The position numbers were made by a program, and so were the translations under genes. From contig JBMYVL010000008.1 in NCBI GenBank assembly GCA_049606355.1, forward strand, positions 78,357-110,356: DNA of 32,000 bases, in the 5' to 3' direction. The notes below the pieces were generated by a model. It was not told where the DNA came from, ran no database searches, and saw only the letters and a program-made list of their open reading frames with translations. Positions 21,328 to 29,862 of this stretch are shown here, one piece after another (the stretch's first letter is position 1; each line of letters starts with the position of its first letter). Source of the stretch: Opitutales bacterium (GTDB taxonomy: Bacteria; Verrucomicrobiota; Verrucomicrobiia; Opitutales; Coraliomargaritaceae).

Positions 21328-23880
21328 ATGACAACCAAAGCAGCTAAAAAAACCACTCAGAAAACTACTCAGAAAAGCGCTTCAGAGCAGCCAATGAAGC
21401 ACTCAAAGAAGGGCCAGAATGGTTTTAAATTTAATGTCGATTTGAGTTCGGAGTCCCTCAAGACCTCGATTCTCAATCATTTACGGTTCACGCTCGCGCG
21501 CCATCCGGAAAATGCGAATCGCGATGAATGGTGGACGGCCACCTGTTACGCGGTGCGTGACCGTATCTTGGACCGCTTCATGCAGACGCAAAGCGTCCAC
21601 CACGAGAGCAAGGTACGCCGTGCCTACTATTTAAGTTTAGAATACTTGATGGGGCGATTGTTGAGCAACAACCTCCACAATGCGGGAATTTATGAGGCAA
21701 CGCGTACGGCCTTGGAAGAATTGGGCCAGGATTTTGATGCGATTCTTTGCGAGGAAGCGGATATGGGTCTCGGTAATGGAGGCTTGGGTCGTTTAGCGGC
21801 CTGCTTCCTCGATTCCTTGGCGACGCTGGACCTTCCGGCAGTGGGCTATGGCATCCATTACGAGTTCGGGCTGTTCCGGCAGGAATTTAAGGATGGGTAC
21901 CAAGTCGAACATCCGGATGTTTGGCAGGAGAAGGGCTGTCCATGGGAAGTGATGCGCCCTAATTTTGCTCAGATTGTTAAGGTATATGGGCGAGTCGAGC
22001 ACCAGATGGATGATAAGGGCAAGTTCCACCCCGTCTGGGTCGATTATAAAACGATTGAGGGCGTGCCCTATGATATCGGCATTGTTGGTTACGGGGGTGC
22101 GACGGTCAATTTCCTGCGCCTGTGGGATTCCAAGGCGACTCAAGAATTCGATTTCAATGTATTCAACGAAGGTGGTTATGTTGAAGCGGTGCGGGAAAAG
22201 GCCATCAGTGAAACGATTTCAAAAGTCCTGTATCCAAATGACACTACTGAGAACGGCAAGGAGCTGCGCCTCGTACAGCAATACTTCTTTGTGAGTTGCT
22301 CCTTGCAGGATATCATTCGGCGCTTCTTGGTGAACCACAGTGACTGGGAGGATTTCCCTGAATACAACGCGATTCAGCTCAATGATACACACCCGGCGAT
22401 TACTATCGCTGAGCTGATGCGACTCCTCATCGATGACTACGGTCTCGATTGGGATAAAGCTTGGTCGATTACGCGCGCTTCCTGTAACTATACGAACCAC
22501 ACTTTGCTCCCCGAAGCGCTGGAGAAATGGAGCGTGCCACTCTTTGAAAAAGTGGTACCGCGCCACCTGGAGATCATTTTTGAGATCAACAATCGTTTTC
22601 TAACGGAAGAGGTTGAGGCGAAATGGCCAGGAGATGGCAGTAAAAAGGCTGAATTATCCCTTATCCAAGAAGGATATCCGAAAATGGTGCGCATGGCCTA
22701 TCTTTCGGTGGTTGGTTCCTCAAAGGTCAATGGCGTTGCTGCCTTGCATACCGACCTGCTCAAAAAACATCTTTTTGCGACCTTTCATGAGCTGTATCCG
22801 AATAAAATCATCAACATGACCAACGGCATCACGCCGCGCCGTTGGTTGTTGGCCTGTAATCCAAAGCTGAGTACGCTGATCACTGAGTCAATTGGGTGTA
22901 CTTGGCCGAAGCAGCTGGATCAATTGCAAGGCATTGCTGAATTTGCAGATGATCCTGCCTTCCAAAAGAAGTTTATGGCGATCAAGCGGGCTAACAAGCA
23001 GGCCTTTGCTGACTATGTGTTGGAGCACTGTGGCATCGAAATCAGTCCAGATGCGTTGTTTGATGTCCAAATTAAGCGCCTGCACGAGTACAAGCGGCAG
23101 CACCTGAACCTGCTCCACATTCTCACGCTGTATCGCCGCTTGCTGAATGATCCGGATTACGCGATGAATCCGCGGGTCTTTATTTTTGGTGCGAAGGCGG
23201 CCCCAGGCTATGCACTGGCGAAGAATATCATTCGGGCAATTAATAAGGTCGGCGAGAAAATCAACGGTGATCCGCGTATCAATGGGAAGCTCAAGATCGT
23301 CTTCCCTGAAAACTACCGAGTCACTATGGCGGAGCGCATGATTCCTGCCGCCGATTTATCGGAGCAGATTTCGACCGCTGGCAAGGAAGCTTCAGGTACC
23401 GGCAATATGAAGCTGGCGCTCAACGGCGCGTTGACCATCGGTACATTGGATGGTGCCAACGTCGAGATTAAGGAGGAAGTCGGTGACGACAACATCTTCA
23501 TTTTCGGCAACACGGTTGAACAAGTTGAAGCGATTCGTGCCCACGGATATAACCCGTACGATTACTACAATAGTAACTGGGAGTTGAAGGCCGTGATTGA
23601 TTGGCTGCATTCGGATTATTTTACGCCGGGCGAGCACGATGCCTTCGCGCCTTTGTGTAGTAGCTGGTTGGAGGGTGGTGATCCTTTTCTCTGCCTCGCT
23701 GACTATGCGGACTACGTGCGCGCGCAGGAGGCAGTTGATCTGGCATTCGGCGATAGCAAGCGCTGGGCGCGGATGGCTATTTTAAATACCGCTCATATGG
23801 GCAAATTCTCATCCGATCGCACCATCAGTGAATATGCTGAGCATATCTGGAAGTTGCAGCCCGTTGAAGTGAGCCACTAA
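21328..23880 (+). CDS. glgP: Glycogen/maltodextrin phosphorylase
   Basis: 850 aa with [17 protein letters not shown] and the PLP-lysine context [28 protein letters not shown]. The N-terminus is Lys/Thr/Gln-rich; an alternative start is M23 at 21394. Confidence 0.93.
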   Translation: MTTKAAKKTTQKTTQKSASEQPMKHSKKGQNGFKFNVDLSSESLKTSILNHLRFTLARHPENANRDEWWTATCYAVRDRILDRFMQTQSVHHESKVRRAYYLSLEYLMGRLLSNNLHNAGIYEATRTALEELGQDFDAILCEEADMGLGNGGLGRLAACFLDSLATLDLPAVGYGIHYEFGLFRQEFKDGYQVEHPDVWQEKGCPWEVMRPNFAQIVKVYGRVEHQMDDKGKFHPVWVDYKTIEGVPYDIGIVGYGGATVNFLRLWDSKATQEFDFNVFNEGGYVEAVREKAISETISKVLYPNDTTENGKELRLVQQYFFVSCSLQDIIRRFLVNHSDWEDFPEYNAIQLNDTHPAITIAELMRLLIDDYGLDWDKAWSITRASCNYTNHTLLPEALEKWSVPLFEKVVPRHLEIIFEINNRFLTEEVEAKWPGDGSKKAELSLIQEGYPKMVRMAYLSVVGSSKVNGVAALHTDLLKKHLFATFHELYPNKIINMTNGITPRRWLLACNPKLSTLITESIGCTWPKQLDQLQGIAEFADDPAFQKKFMAIKRANKQAFADYVLEHCGIEISPDALFDVQIKRLHEYKRQHLNLLHILTLYRRLLNDPDYAMNPRVFIFGAKAAPGYALAKNIIRAINKVGEKINGDPRINGKLKIVFPENYRVTMAERMIPAADLSEQISTAGKEASGTGNMKLALNGALTIGTLDGANVEIKEEVGDDNIFIFGNTVEQVEAIRAHGYNPYDYYNSNWELKAVIDWLHSDYFTPGEHDAFAPLCSSWLEGGDPFLCLADYADYVRAQEAVDLAFGDSKRWARMAILNTAHMGKFSSDRTISEYAEHIWKLQPVEVSH

Positions 23881-23893
23881 CAAAACCCTGAGT

Positions 23894-24208
23894 TCAAGAG
23901 GTTGAGCGCTTCGGGTTACCTTGCGCGTCGCTGTCTTGATTGCGGATCAAGAGCTTGCCTTCGTAGATCCAGCGATGGACGTCTTTGCGGCCACGGGCGA
24001 CTTCGATACGTTTAAATTTGATGTGTCGCATGCGGCCCTGCACCTCAACCGCGCATTGGTAATGTCGCTCCTTACAGGCCTCCGGATCGGGAAGCTCTTG
24101 AATGGCCGCTTGGAGTTGCTTGAGGTTGGGCATGAACTTACCCGTAGATTTGCGACTGAGCTCCGAAGTGGATGGGGTGGATCGGCTTTTTTGTGACAAT
24201 TCTTTCAT
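23894..24208 (-). CDS. Small basic hypothetical protein (104 aa)
   Basis: ATG-initiated ORF convergent with glgP, with C-ending codon preference similar to neighbouring genes. No recognisable domain. A mirror ORF on the plus strand (23921..24196, TTG start) makes the strand assignment uncertain. Confidence 0.4.
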   Translation of the reverse strand: MKELSQKSRSTPSTSELSRKSTGKFMPNLKQLQAAIQELPDPEACKERHYQCAVEVQGRMRHIKFKRIEVARGRKDVHRWIYEGKLLIRNQDSDAQGNPKRSTS

Positions 24209-24355
24209 GGATTATACGCCATTGGACCGGCTGCGTGCGGTTGGGATTCTTAAAGAGCGCACGGGGGCGGTGTTAAGAGTCAAGCCGAAGCCATACTTTA
24301 GCAAGTTTTCACTTGATTTTCGACAGGCGCTCGGTCTTGTTCTTTTATGGATTAG

Positions 24356-24429
<74 letters not shown>

Positions 24430-24573
24430 TGATGCTTCGTCGCTGTGTGTGGCCGCATACTGAGGTGGGTGCAGATCGTTTCTGCTGAAATAAGGGCGCC
24501 AAGTGAGTGTTTGCCACTGCCTCGCGCATCAAGAGCGCTTCGTGAGGCAGGGAATCCAGGGAAAATACCTAGC

Positions 24574-24585
24574 ATTACTAGTAAT
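24574..24585. repeat. Perfect 12-bp palindrome ATTACTAGTAAT (candidate operator/promoter element)
   Basis: Read directly from the sequence. It lies in the only AT-rich patch of the 370-nt tRNA-Cys/small-gene spacer and is immediately followed by a roughly 29-nt polypyrimidine tract (24587-24615). Confidence 0.3.
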
Positions 24586-24706
24586 ATTTCTCTTCCCTTT
24601 GCTTCCTTTTTCCTTACGTTGTGCTCTCCAGTGAAGTGCATCTTACATGCAAACTGGATCGTAGCGGGGCAGCGTTGTCCCGGCTTCCTTAGTCTTCACT
24701 TCTGTA

Positions 24707-24733
24707 GACGCCGCGTGGCGTCGCTTTGCCTTT
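24707..24733 (+). promoter_or_regulatory. Leader hairpin GACGCC-GCGT-GGCGTC followed by a U-rich tail (possible attenuator)
   Basis: A 6-bp GC stem with a GCGU loop is followed by GCTTTGCCTTTCT, 70 nt upstream of the first small ORF. A second hairpin with the same GCGT loop lies at 24665-24682. Confidence 0.3.
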
Positions 24734-24801
24734 CTGGTAGTGCGGATGGCCCATCTGGGTTATTGCAGGACACTACTGGTTCACCCCAACAAAGGAGATA
24801 A

Positions 24802-25035
24802 ATGGAAAAAGTAACCTCGCAACTCACTGATGTGATCAAAGGTATATCCGAACTCGGAATTGGCCTGATTGCACTCGGTATTATTGCTGAAATCGTCTTC
24901 GGCCAAGGTGCCATCTTTGGTGCCAGTGTCGTCGGCAATCTATCTGCAATCGTTGCCGCCATCGGCGGTGAGAACGGTTTCATTGGCTTAGTCGCCATCA
25001 TTCTCATCTTCGCTTTGTTGCGCAAACGCGCGTAG
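24802..25035 (+). CDS. Small hydrophobic Gly/Ala/Ile-rich membrane protein (77 aa), paralog 1
   Basis: A strong SD AAGGAG (24792-24797) lies 4 nt before the ATG. Codon usage resembles neighbouring genes. An amphipathic N-terminus is followed by two or more hydrophobic helices, with an embedded Glu (GIIAEIVFG). The C-terminus is LLRKRA. Confidence 0.7.
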   Translation: MEKVTSQLTDVIKGISELGIGLIALGIIAEIVFGQGAIFGASVVGNLSAIVAAIGGENGFIGLVAIILIFALLRKRA

Positions 25036-25079
25036 CAGAACCCCGAACAAACAAAACTAACCCCAACTAAATACGAACT

Positions 25080-25304
25080 ATGGAAAATACTATCAATCAA
25101 CTTAAGTCCGCGATCGGAGCAATCTCTGGTCTTCTCGTTGCAGCCATTGGCCTTTTGGTCGTGGTCTCTGTGATCTTTGGCAATGCCGCAGGCATGAATG
25201 TCATTGCTAACTTGCAGGGCCTCGTCGACGGGTTCATCGGATCCGGTGCAAGCCTTGCGAGCATTGTGACACTCATTCTGGTAATGAGTGTGCTGTCTCG
25301 ATAG
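25080..25304 (+). CDS. Small hydrophobic Gly/Ala/Val-rich membrane protein (74 aa), paralog 2
   Basis: Collinear with paralog 1 (ME..QL...I..IS.L....I.L.......FG..A ... V..NL...V); I count about 19 of 74 positions identical by eye. It is preceded by a 44-nt A/C-rich spacer and followed by a strong terminator. Confidence 0.65.
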   Translation: MENTINQLKSAIGAISGLLVAAIGLLVVVSVIFGNAAGMNVIANLQGLVDGFIGSGASLASIVTLILVMSVLSR

Positions 25305-25327
25305 TCTTTGTCTTAACTTTAACCACA

Positions 25328-25354
25328 GGGGCCTCAGTTGAGGCCCCTTTTTTT
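25328..25354 (+). terminator. Rho-independent terminator of the small-protein pair
   Basis: GGGGCCTC-AGTT-GAGGCCCC followed by TTTTTTT. Confidence 0.85.
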
Positions 25355-25479
25355 GTCTAAGTTTATAGGGGCTCCTCCTTCAAGCCGACGATGGATCCCG
25401 TCAAATTGGGGGAAGTGCCAGCCGCGTTGGGGGATCTGCATTGACTCAGTTGTTTCGGTTGTTTGAGTCGCCGACACTT

Positions 25480-26850
25480 ATGTCTGATGTACGTGTTCGT
25501 TTCGCTCCCAGTCCGACGGGTTTTTTTCACATCGGTAGTGCCCGCACGGCGCTCTTCAATTGGTTGTATGCCCGTCATACGGAGGGTAAGTTTATCCTGC
25601 GGATTGAGGACACGGACAAGGAACGAAACACAGAGGCAGCCTTGCAGGTGTTGATCGACGGCATGCGCTGGCTGGGGCTTGACTGGGACGAGGGTCCGGA
25701 GGTTGGCGGCGATTATGGGCCGTATTTCCAGAGTGAACGGCAGGCGATTTACGAGGAATACCTGCAACGGTTGAAGGATGCGGGTCGCACCTATGAGAAG
25801 GACGGTGCGATTTGGTTCAAGCTCGAGGGCGAGCGGTATACTGACTACGACGACTACAAAAAAGCGGATATTGAGAAGGTGCGCGCGGCACCGGTGGTTA
25901 TTGAGGATGCGGTACGGGGGCGTGTCGAGCGCAGCGAGGAACTGGATTTCGTCTTGGTGCGGAAGGACGGCAACCCCGTCTTCCACTTCGTGAATGTAGT
26001 CGACGATATCGCCATGGGGATCACGCACGTGATTCGGGGGGAGGACCACCTCTCGAATACCAGTAAGCACGTCGAGTTGTTTAAGGCCTTTGGGGCCGAG
26101 CCGCCTATTTTTGCGCATATCCCACTGATCCTCAAGGAGTCCGGTCCAGGCAAAATGAGTAAACGTGATAAAGGCGCGCTGATTGAGGAGTACGAGTCAC
26201 GGGGTTTCTTGCCGGCCGCGGTACGCAATTATATCTCCTTGTTGGGATGGAATCCCAAAGATGACCGCGAGAGTGAAAAGATGGCGATTGAAGAAATTAT
26301 CGAGCGCTTTGATTTTCCGGGCATCAACAAGGGGAATGCCCGCTTTGACGAAAAGAAACTGAGTGCACTCAATACCGAATACCTGCGTGAACTGAACCTG
26401 GGCAGCTTTACCTTTCTTGCCGGCCCAATCCTCAGTGAGGCCGGCGTCATTGATGATAAAACCGATGAGGACTACTTGCAGTCAGTGTTGGCACTCTGTC
26501 AGCCAAAGGCCCGCTCCTTGGAAAGCCTGCCGGACCTGTGTGGCTACTTCTTTCGTGAAAGCTATCCGCTGGATGACACGACGGCGGCTAAAATTGCCAA
26601 AAAGGCTGATCCGAAGGCCTTGTTAGCTGAGGTGCTCCCCTTGCTGGAGGGAGTTGAGGCCTTTACGGCCGAAGCCCTAAAACAGGTTCTGGAGGAATAT
26701 GCCACCAGCCGAGGGCAGAAAGTTTTCGCTTATTTCCCCGCGCTGCGCTTCGCACTCAGTGGGCAAAGCGGCGGTCCGGATCTGCTGCCGATGCTCGAGG
26801 TCCTCGGGCAGTCGCGCGTGGTTCGTCGGATCCAGGCGTTTCTTGCCTAA
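25480..26850 (+). CDS. gltX: Glutamyl-tRNA synthetase
   Basis: ATG 25480 (25441 is TTG). [24 protein letters not shown] carries the HIGH motif and GKMSKRD the KMSKS motif. Length about 456 aa. Confidence 0.93.
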   Translation: MSDVRVRFAPSPTGFFHIGSARTALFNWLYARHTEGKFILRIEDTDKERNTEAALQVLIDGMRWLGLDWDEGPEVGGDYGPYFQSERQAIYEEYLQRLKDAGRTYEKDGAIWFKLEGERYTDYDDYKKADIEKVRAAPVVIEDAVRGRVERSEELDFVLVRKDGNPVFHFVNVVDDIAMGITHVIRGEDHLSNTSKHVELFKAFGAEPPIFAHIPLILKESGPGKMSKRDKGALIEEYESRGFLPAAVRNYISLLGWNPKDDRESEKMAIEEIIERFDFPGINKGNARFDEKKLSALNTEYLRELNLGSFTFLAGPILSEAGVIDDKTDEDYLQSVLALCQPKARSLESLPDLCGYFFRESYPLDDTTAAKIAKKADPKALLAEVLPLLEGVEAFTAEALKQVLEEYATSRGQKVFAYFPALRFALSGQSGGPDLLPMLEVLGQSRVVRRIQAFLA

Positions 26851-26908
26851 GCCCAAGCTATTGGATTGCCCCGTTGCATGTGTGCAGTCTTATTCGTATG
26901 CCGAAATT

Positions 26909-28576
26909 ATGACAGACGACAAAGAAAAGTCGGTGGATTTTATCCGTCAAATGGTGGCTGCTGATGTGGCCTCGGGAAAACACGAGGGCCGTGTGCAGAC
27001 GCGCTTTCCGCCCGAGCCGAATGGTTACTTGCAGATCGGGCATGCGAAGGCGATCTGTCTGAATTTTGAAATCGCCAAAGAATTTGGTGGCCGCTGTAAC
27101 CTGCGCTTTGATGACACCAATCCGGAGAAGGAGAGTGATGAATTTGTGCAAGCCATACAGGAAGACATCCGCTGGCTTGGATATGATTGGGCGGAGATCT
27201 GCTTCGCCAGTGATTATTTTGAGCAATTATTTGAGTGGGCTTGCCGTTTGATTGAGCAAGGCGATGCCTATGTGGATGAGTTGGATGCCGAAACTATGCG
27301 CGCGTACCGGGGCAACTTGACGGAAGCCGGGCAGAATAGCCCATACCGGGAACGCCCTTCTGCAGAGAGTTTAGATCTCTTCAAACGGATGCGCGCCGGC
27401 GAATTTGCAGACGGTGCAAAAGTATTGCGCGCGAAGATTGATATGGCGCATCCCAATATGAATATGCGGGATCCCGTGATGTATCGGATTAAGCGCATGC
27501 ATCACCACCGTGTCGGCGATGCGTGGCCGATCTATCCAAGTTACGATTTTACTCATGGGCAGAGTGATTCGATTGAAAGAGTCACGCATTCGCTGTGTTC
27601 GTTGGAATTTGAAGACCACCGACCCTTATATGATTGGTTCATTGAGAAGTTGAATCTATTCCCATCCAAGCAAACCGAGTTTGCTCGCCTCAATTTAACC
27701 TATACCGTGGTCAGTAAACGCAAATTGCGGGCTTTAGTGGAGGCAGGTATTGTTGAGGGTTGGCAAGACCCGCGCATGCCAACGCTTTCCGGAATGCGGC
27801 GGCGTGGCTATCCCGCGGAGGCAATACGTAATTTTTGTGCCACGGTTGGCGTCACCAAAGTACCATCCACCAGTGATATTGCCCTGCTCGAGCACGCGGT
27901 CCGTGAGGTGCTGAACCGTGAGGCCCCCCGGCGCATGGCAGTGCTAAAGCCACTGGAAGTTGAGCTGACGAATTGGCCGGAGGCGCGTGTCGATTGGCTC
28001 GATGGAGTGAATAACCCGGAAGACGCTACGGCAGGGGCGCGAAAAATACCTTTTGGCAGGCAGCTCTGGATCGAGCAGGATGATTTCCGAGAGGAGGCCA
28101 ACCGTAAATTCTTCCGTCTAAAGAAGGGTGGGGAAGTACGCCTACGCTACGGCTATATTATTCGTTGCGATGAAGTGATCAAGGGTGCGGATGGCACAAT
28201 TACAAAATTGCGCTGTAGTGTCGACATGGATACGCTGAATAAAAATCCCGAAGATCGTAAAGTTAAAGGGGTGATTCATTGGGTTAGCGCAGCGCATGCG
28301 ATTGAAGCACCGGTACGTGTGTTCGATCGACTGTTCAAAGTCGAAAAGCCGGATAGTGATAAAGCCGTCGATTTCCTGGAGCATGTGAATCCTGATTCCC
28401 TTACGATGGCTACCGCTTACTGCGAGCCGAGTTTAGCGGAATTGCCGATCGGCACGCCCTGTCAGTTTGAGCGCCTCGGTTATTTTTGTCCGGATCAGGT
28501 CCTCTCCAAGCCGGGAGCACCAGTGTTCAATCAAACGGTCGGTTTGCGTGATTCTCGACCCAAGACCAAGCAATAA
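26909..28576 (+). CDS. glnS: Glutaminyl-tRNA synthetase
   Basis: ATG 26909; the upstream part of the track ORF overlaps gltX and is spurious. RFPPEPNGYLQIGHAKAICLNF...NLRFDDTNP and TYTVVSKRKL are closely collinear with E. coli GlnRS. Confidence 0.92.
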   Translation: MTDDKEKSVDFIRQMVAADVASGKHEGRVQTRFPPEPNGYLQIGHAKAICLNFEIAKEFGGRCNLRFDDTNPEKESDEFVQAIQEDIRWLGYDWAEICFASDYFEQLFEWACRLIEQGDAYVDELDAETMRAYRGNLTEAGQNSPYRERPSAESLDLFKRMRAGEFADGAKVLRAKIDMAHPNMNMRDPVMYRIKRMHHHRVGDAWPIYPSYDFTHGQSDSIERVTHSLCSLEFEDHRPLYDWFIEKLNLFPSKQTEFARLNLTYTVVSKRKLRALVEAGIVEGWQDPRMPTLSGMRRRGYPAEAIRNFCATVGVTKVPSTSDIALLEHAVREVLNREAPRRMAVLKPLEVELTNWPEARVDWLDGVNNPEDATAGARKIPFGRQLWIEQDDFREEANRKFFRLKKGGEVRLRYGYIIRCDEVIKGADGTITKLRCSVDMDTLNKNPEDRKVKGVIHWVSAAHAIEAPVRVFDRLFKVEKPDSDKAVDFLEHVNPDSLTMATAYCEPSLAELPIGTPCQFERLGYFCPDQVLSKPGAPVFNQTVGLRDSRPKTKQ

Positions 28577-28590
28577 TCTGTAGTTAAACC

Positions 28591-29742
28591 ATGAGTACTA
28601 TGACTAAAGAGATGTTTATCGAAGCGTTCGCTGCGCAGCCGGAGCAACTTGCGTTTGCACCTGGGCGTATCGAATTTATCGGTAATCACACCGACTACAA
28701 TGGTGGCCTAGTCATGGGTGCCGCAGTTACCGAGGGCATTACTGTAGCGGTTGGGCGCCGCTCGGATCGTAAGATCGGACTGATGAGTGAGGGCAGTGAT
28801 TCAGTGGAAGTTTCATTGGATGGATTACAACCTCTAGAAGGAGCTGCTTCCTGGACGAATTATCCAGTCGGTGTGACTCAAGTCTTACTTGAAGCCGGCA
28901 TGGAGATGCCAGTCGGCTACAACATCGCAGTGACTTCGACACTACCATCCGGTGCGGGGATGAGTAGTAGCGCGGCCTTTGAGTTGGCGACGGCTTATGC
29001 CCTCGCGGCAATTTACGGTTACCAGGCGGATAAAGCCGATTTCGCGCGTATCGGTCGTCGTGCTGAAAACGAATTCGTCGGCATGCCTTGTGGTATTCTT
29101 GATCAAGGCGTTTCCGCTTTTGGTGTACGTAATGCCTTGGTACGTATTGATTGCGAGACCGAGACTTTTGAGACGGATGCGATGCCCGAAGGCACCCATT
29201 TCTGGATCTTCAATTCAAATGTAAAACATGCCTTGGTGGACTCTGCTTATGCCGATCGGCATAAGGAGTGTCACGACGCGCTGGCTATTTTGCAAAAGAC
29301 CTATCCGACAGCGAAGACACTTTCTGACATTAGCGAGGCGCAGTTACGTACCTGCGAGACTGAGCTCGGCCAGCTTCTGTTTCGACGAGCCTTGCATATT
29401 GTCGGTGAAAATGACCGTGTACGTGCCGTTGAGGCCGCTTTGTCAGCGGGTGCGCTTAACGCGGTCGGTGCGGCCTTGTACGCTTCGCATGAAAGTTCGC
29501 GGGTCAATTTTGAGAACAGTATCGAAGAGCTCGATTTCTTGGTCGCTACAATTCAGCAACAAGCGCACGTGTACGGCGCGCGACTGACCGGAGGTGGATT
29601 TGGTGGTGCTGTAATGGCATTTACCAGTGGCGACTTCGGCACCGCTGAGGCGGATGCTATTGCCCAAGCCTACCAGCGCGAGTTCAGTATCGATGCGACC
29701 GTGCTGCACACCAGCGCGGGTCAGGGTGCACGGCTGCTGTAG
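28591..29742 (+). CDS. galK: Galactokinase-family GHMP sugar kinase
   Basis: Motifs FAPGRIEFIGNHTDYNGG, PSGAGMSSSAAFELA, GMPCGILDQ and RLTGGGFGGAVMAF. Confidence 0.85.
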   Translation: MSTMTKEMFIEAFAAQPEQLAFAPGRIEFIGNHTDYNGGLVMGAAVTEGITVAVGRRSDRKIGLMSEGSDSVEVSLDGLQPLEGAASWTNYPVGVTQVLLEAGMEMPVGYNIAVTSTLPSGAGMSSSAAFELATAYALAAIYGYQADKADFARIGRRAENEFVGMPCGILDQGVSAFGVRNALVRIDCETETFETDAMPEGTHFWIFNSNVKHALVDSAYADRHKECHDALAILQKTYPTAKTLSDISEAQLRTCETELGQLLFRRALHIVGENDRVRAVEAALSAGALNAVGAALYASHESSRVNFENSIEELDFLVATIQQQAHVYGARLTGGGFGGAVMAFTSGDFGTAEADAIAQAYQREFSIDATVLHTSAGQGARLL

Positions 29743-29747
29743 CTGTA

Positions 29748-29775
29748 CCGATGGGAATGCATCGGCTTTCCGCTT
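29748..29775 (+). terminator. Weak hairpin after galK (CCGATG-GGAATG-CATCGG, then CTTTCCGCTT)
   Basis: A 6-bp stem with a T-poor tail. It may only be partially terminating. Confidence 0.25.
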
Positions 29776-29862
29776 GGTGGAGTGGTGCAGAATTGAGTAC
29801 CCACGGGTGCTGGCGTAGAACGAGAGTTGACAAGCTCGGAGCCGAAGTCGTCAATCGGTGGA

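Noticed and set aside
24665-24722. Two tandem hairpins with identical tetraloops upstream of small membrane proteins, considered as a guanidine-II (mini-ykkC)-like riboswitch.
   Set aside because: The mini-ykkC loops are ACGR. Here the loops are GCGU (ACGC on the other strand), and the downstream genes are not SMR, EmrE or SugE-like. I kept this only as a generic leader-structure observation.
24445-24801. A 118-aa ORF filling the tRNA-Cys/small-gene spacer and ending TAA directly before the paralog-1 ATG, which looks like translational coupling.
   Set aside because: It has a GTG start overlapping nothing functional. It contains several ATA, AGG, AGA and TTA codons. The product is Cys/Arg/Ser/Pro-rich with no pattern. 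I treat the region as non-coding leader.
24430-24801. Whether the 370-nt gap hides RNase P RNA, tmRNA, SRP RNA or 6S RNA.
   Set aside because: None of the signature strings I know are present: GAGGAAAGTCCGGGC or ACAGAACCCGGCTTA for RNase P, a tRNA-like GGGGC...TCCACCA end for tmRNA, or GGAAGCAGCC for SRP. 6S RNA cannot be excluded by eye.
25363-26118. A 251-aa ORF antisense to gltX, the longest unexplained ORF in the track.
   Set aside because: It lies fully inside, and in mirror phase with, a gene carrying unmistakable GluRS motifs. Its product is Arg/Pro/Leu-rich with no domain logic. This is a typical stop-depleted antisense shadow.
26699-26908. The upstream 70 codons of the glnS track ORF, which overlap the gltX 3' end.
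   Set aside because: The peptide is Arg/Cys/Ser-rich and not GlnRS-like. The conserved GlnRS N-terminus begins at ATG 26909.
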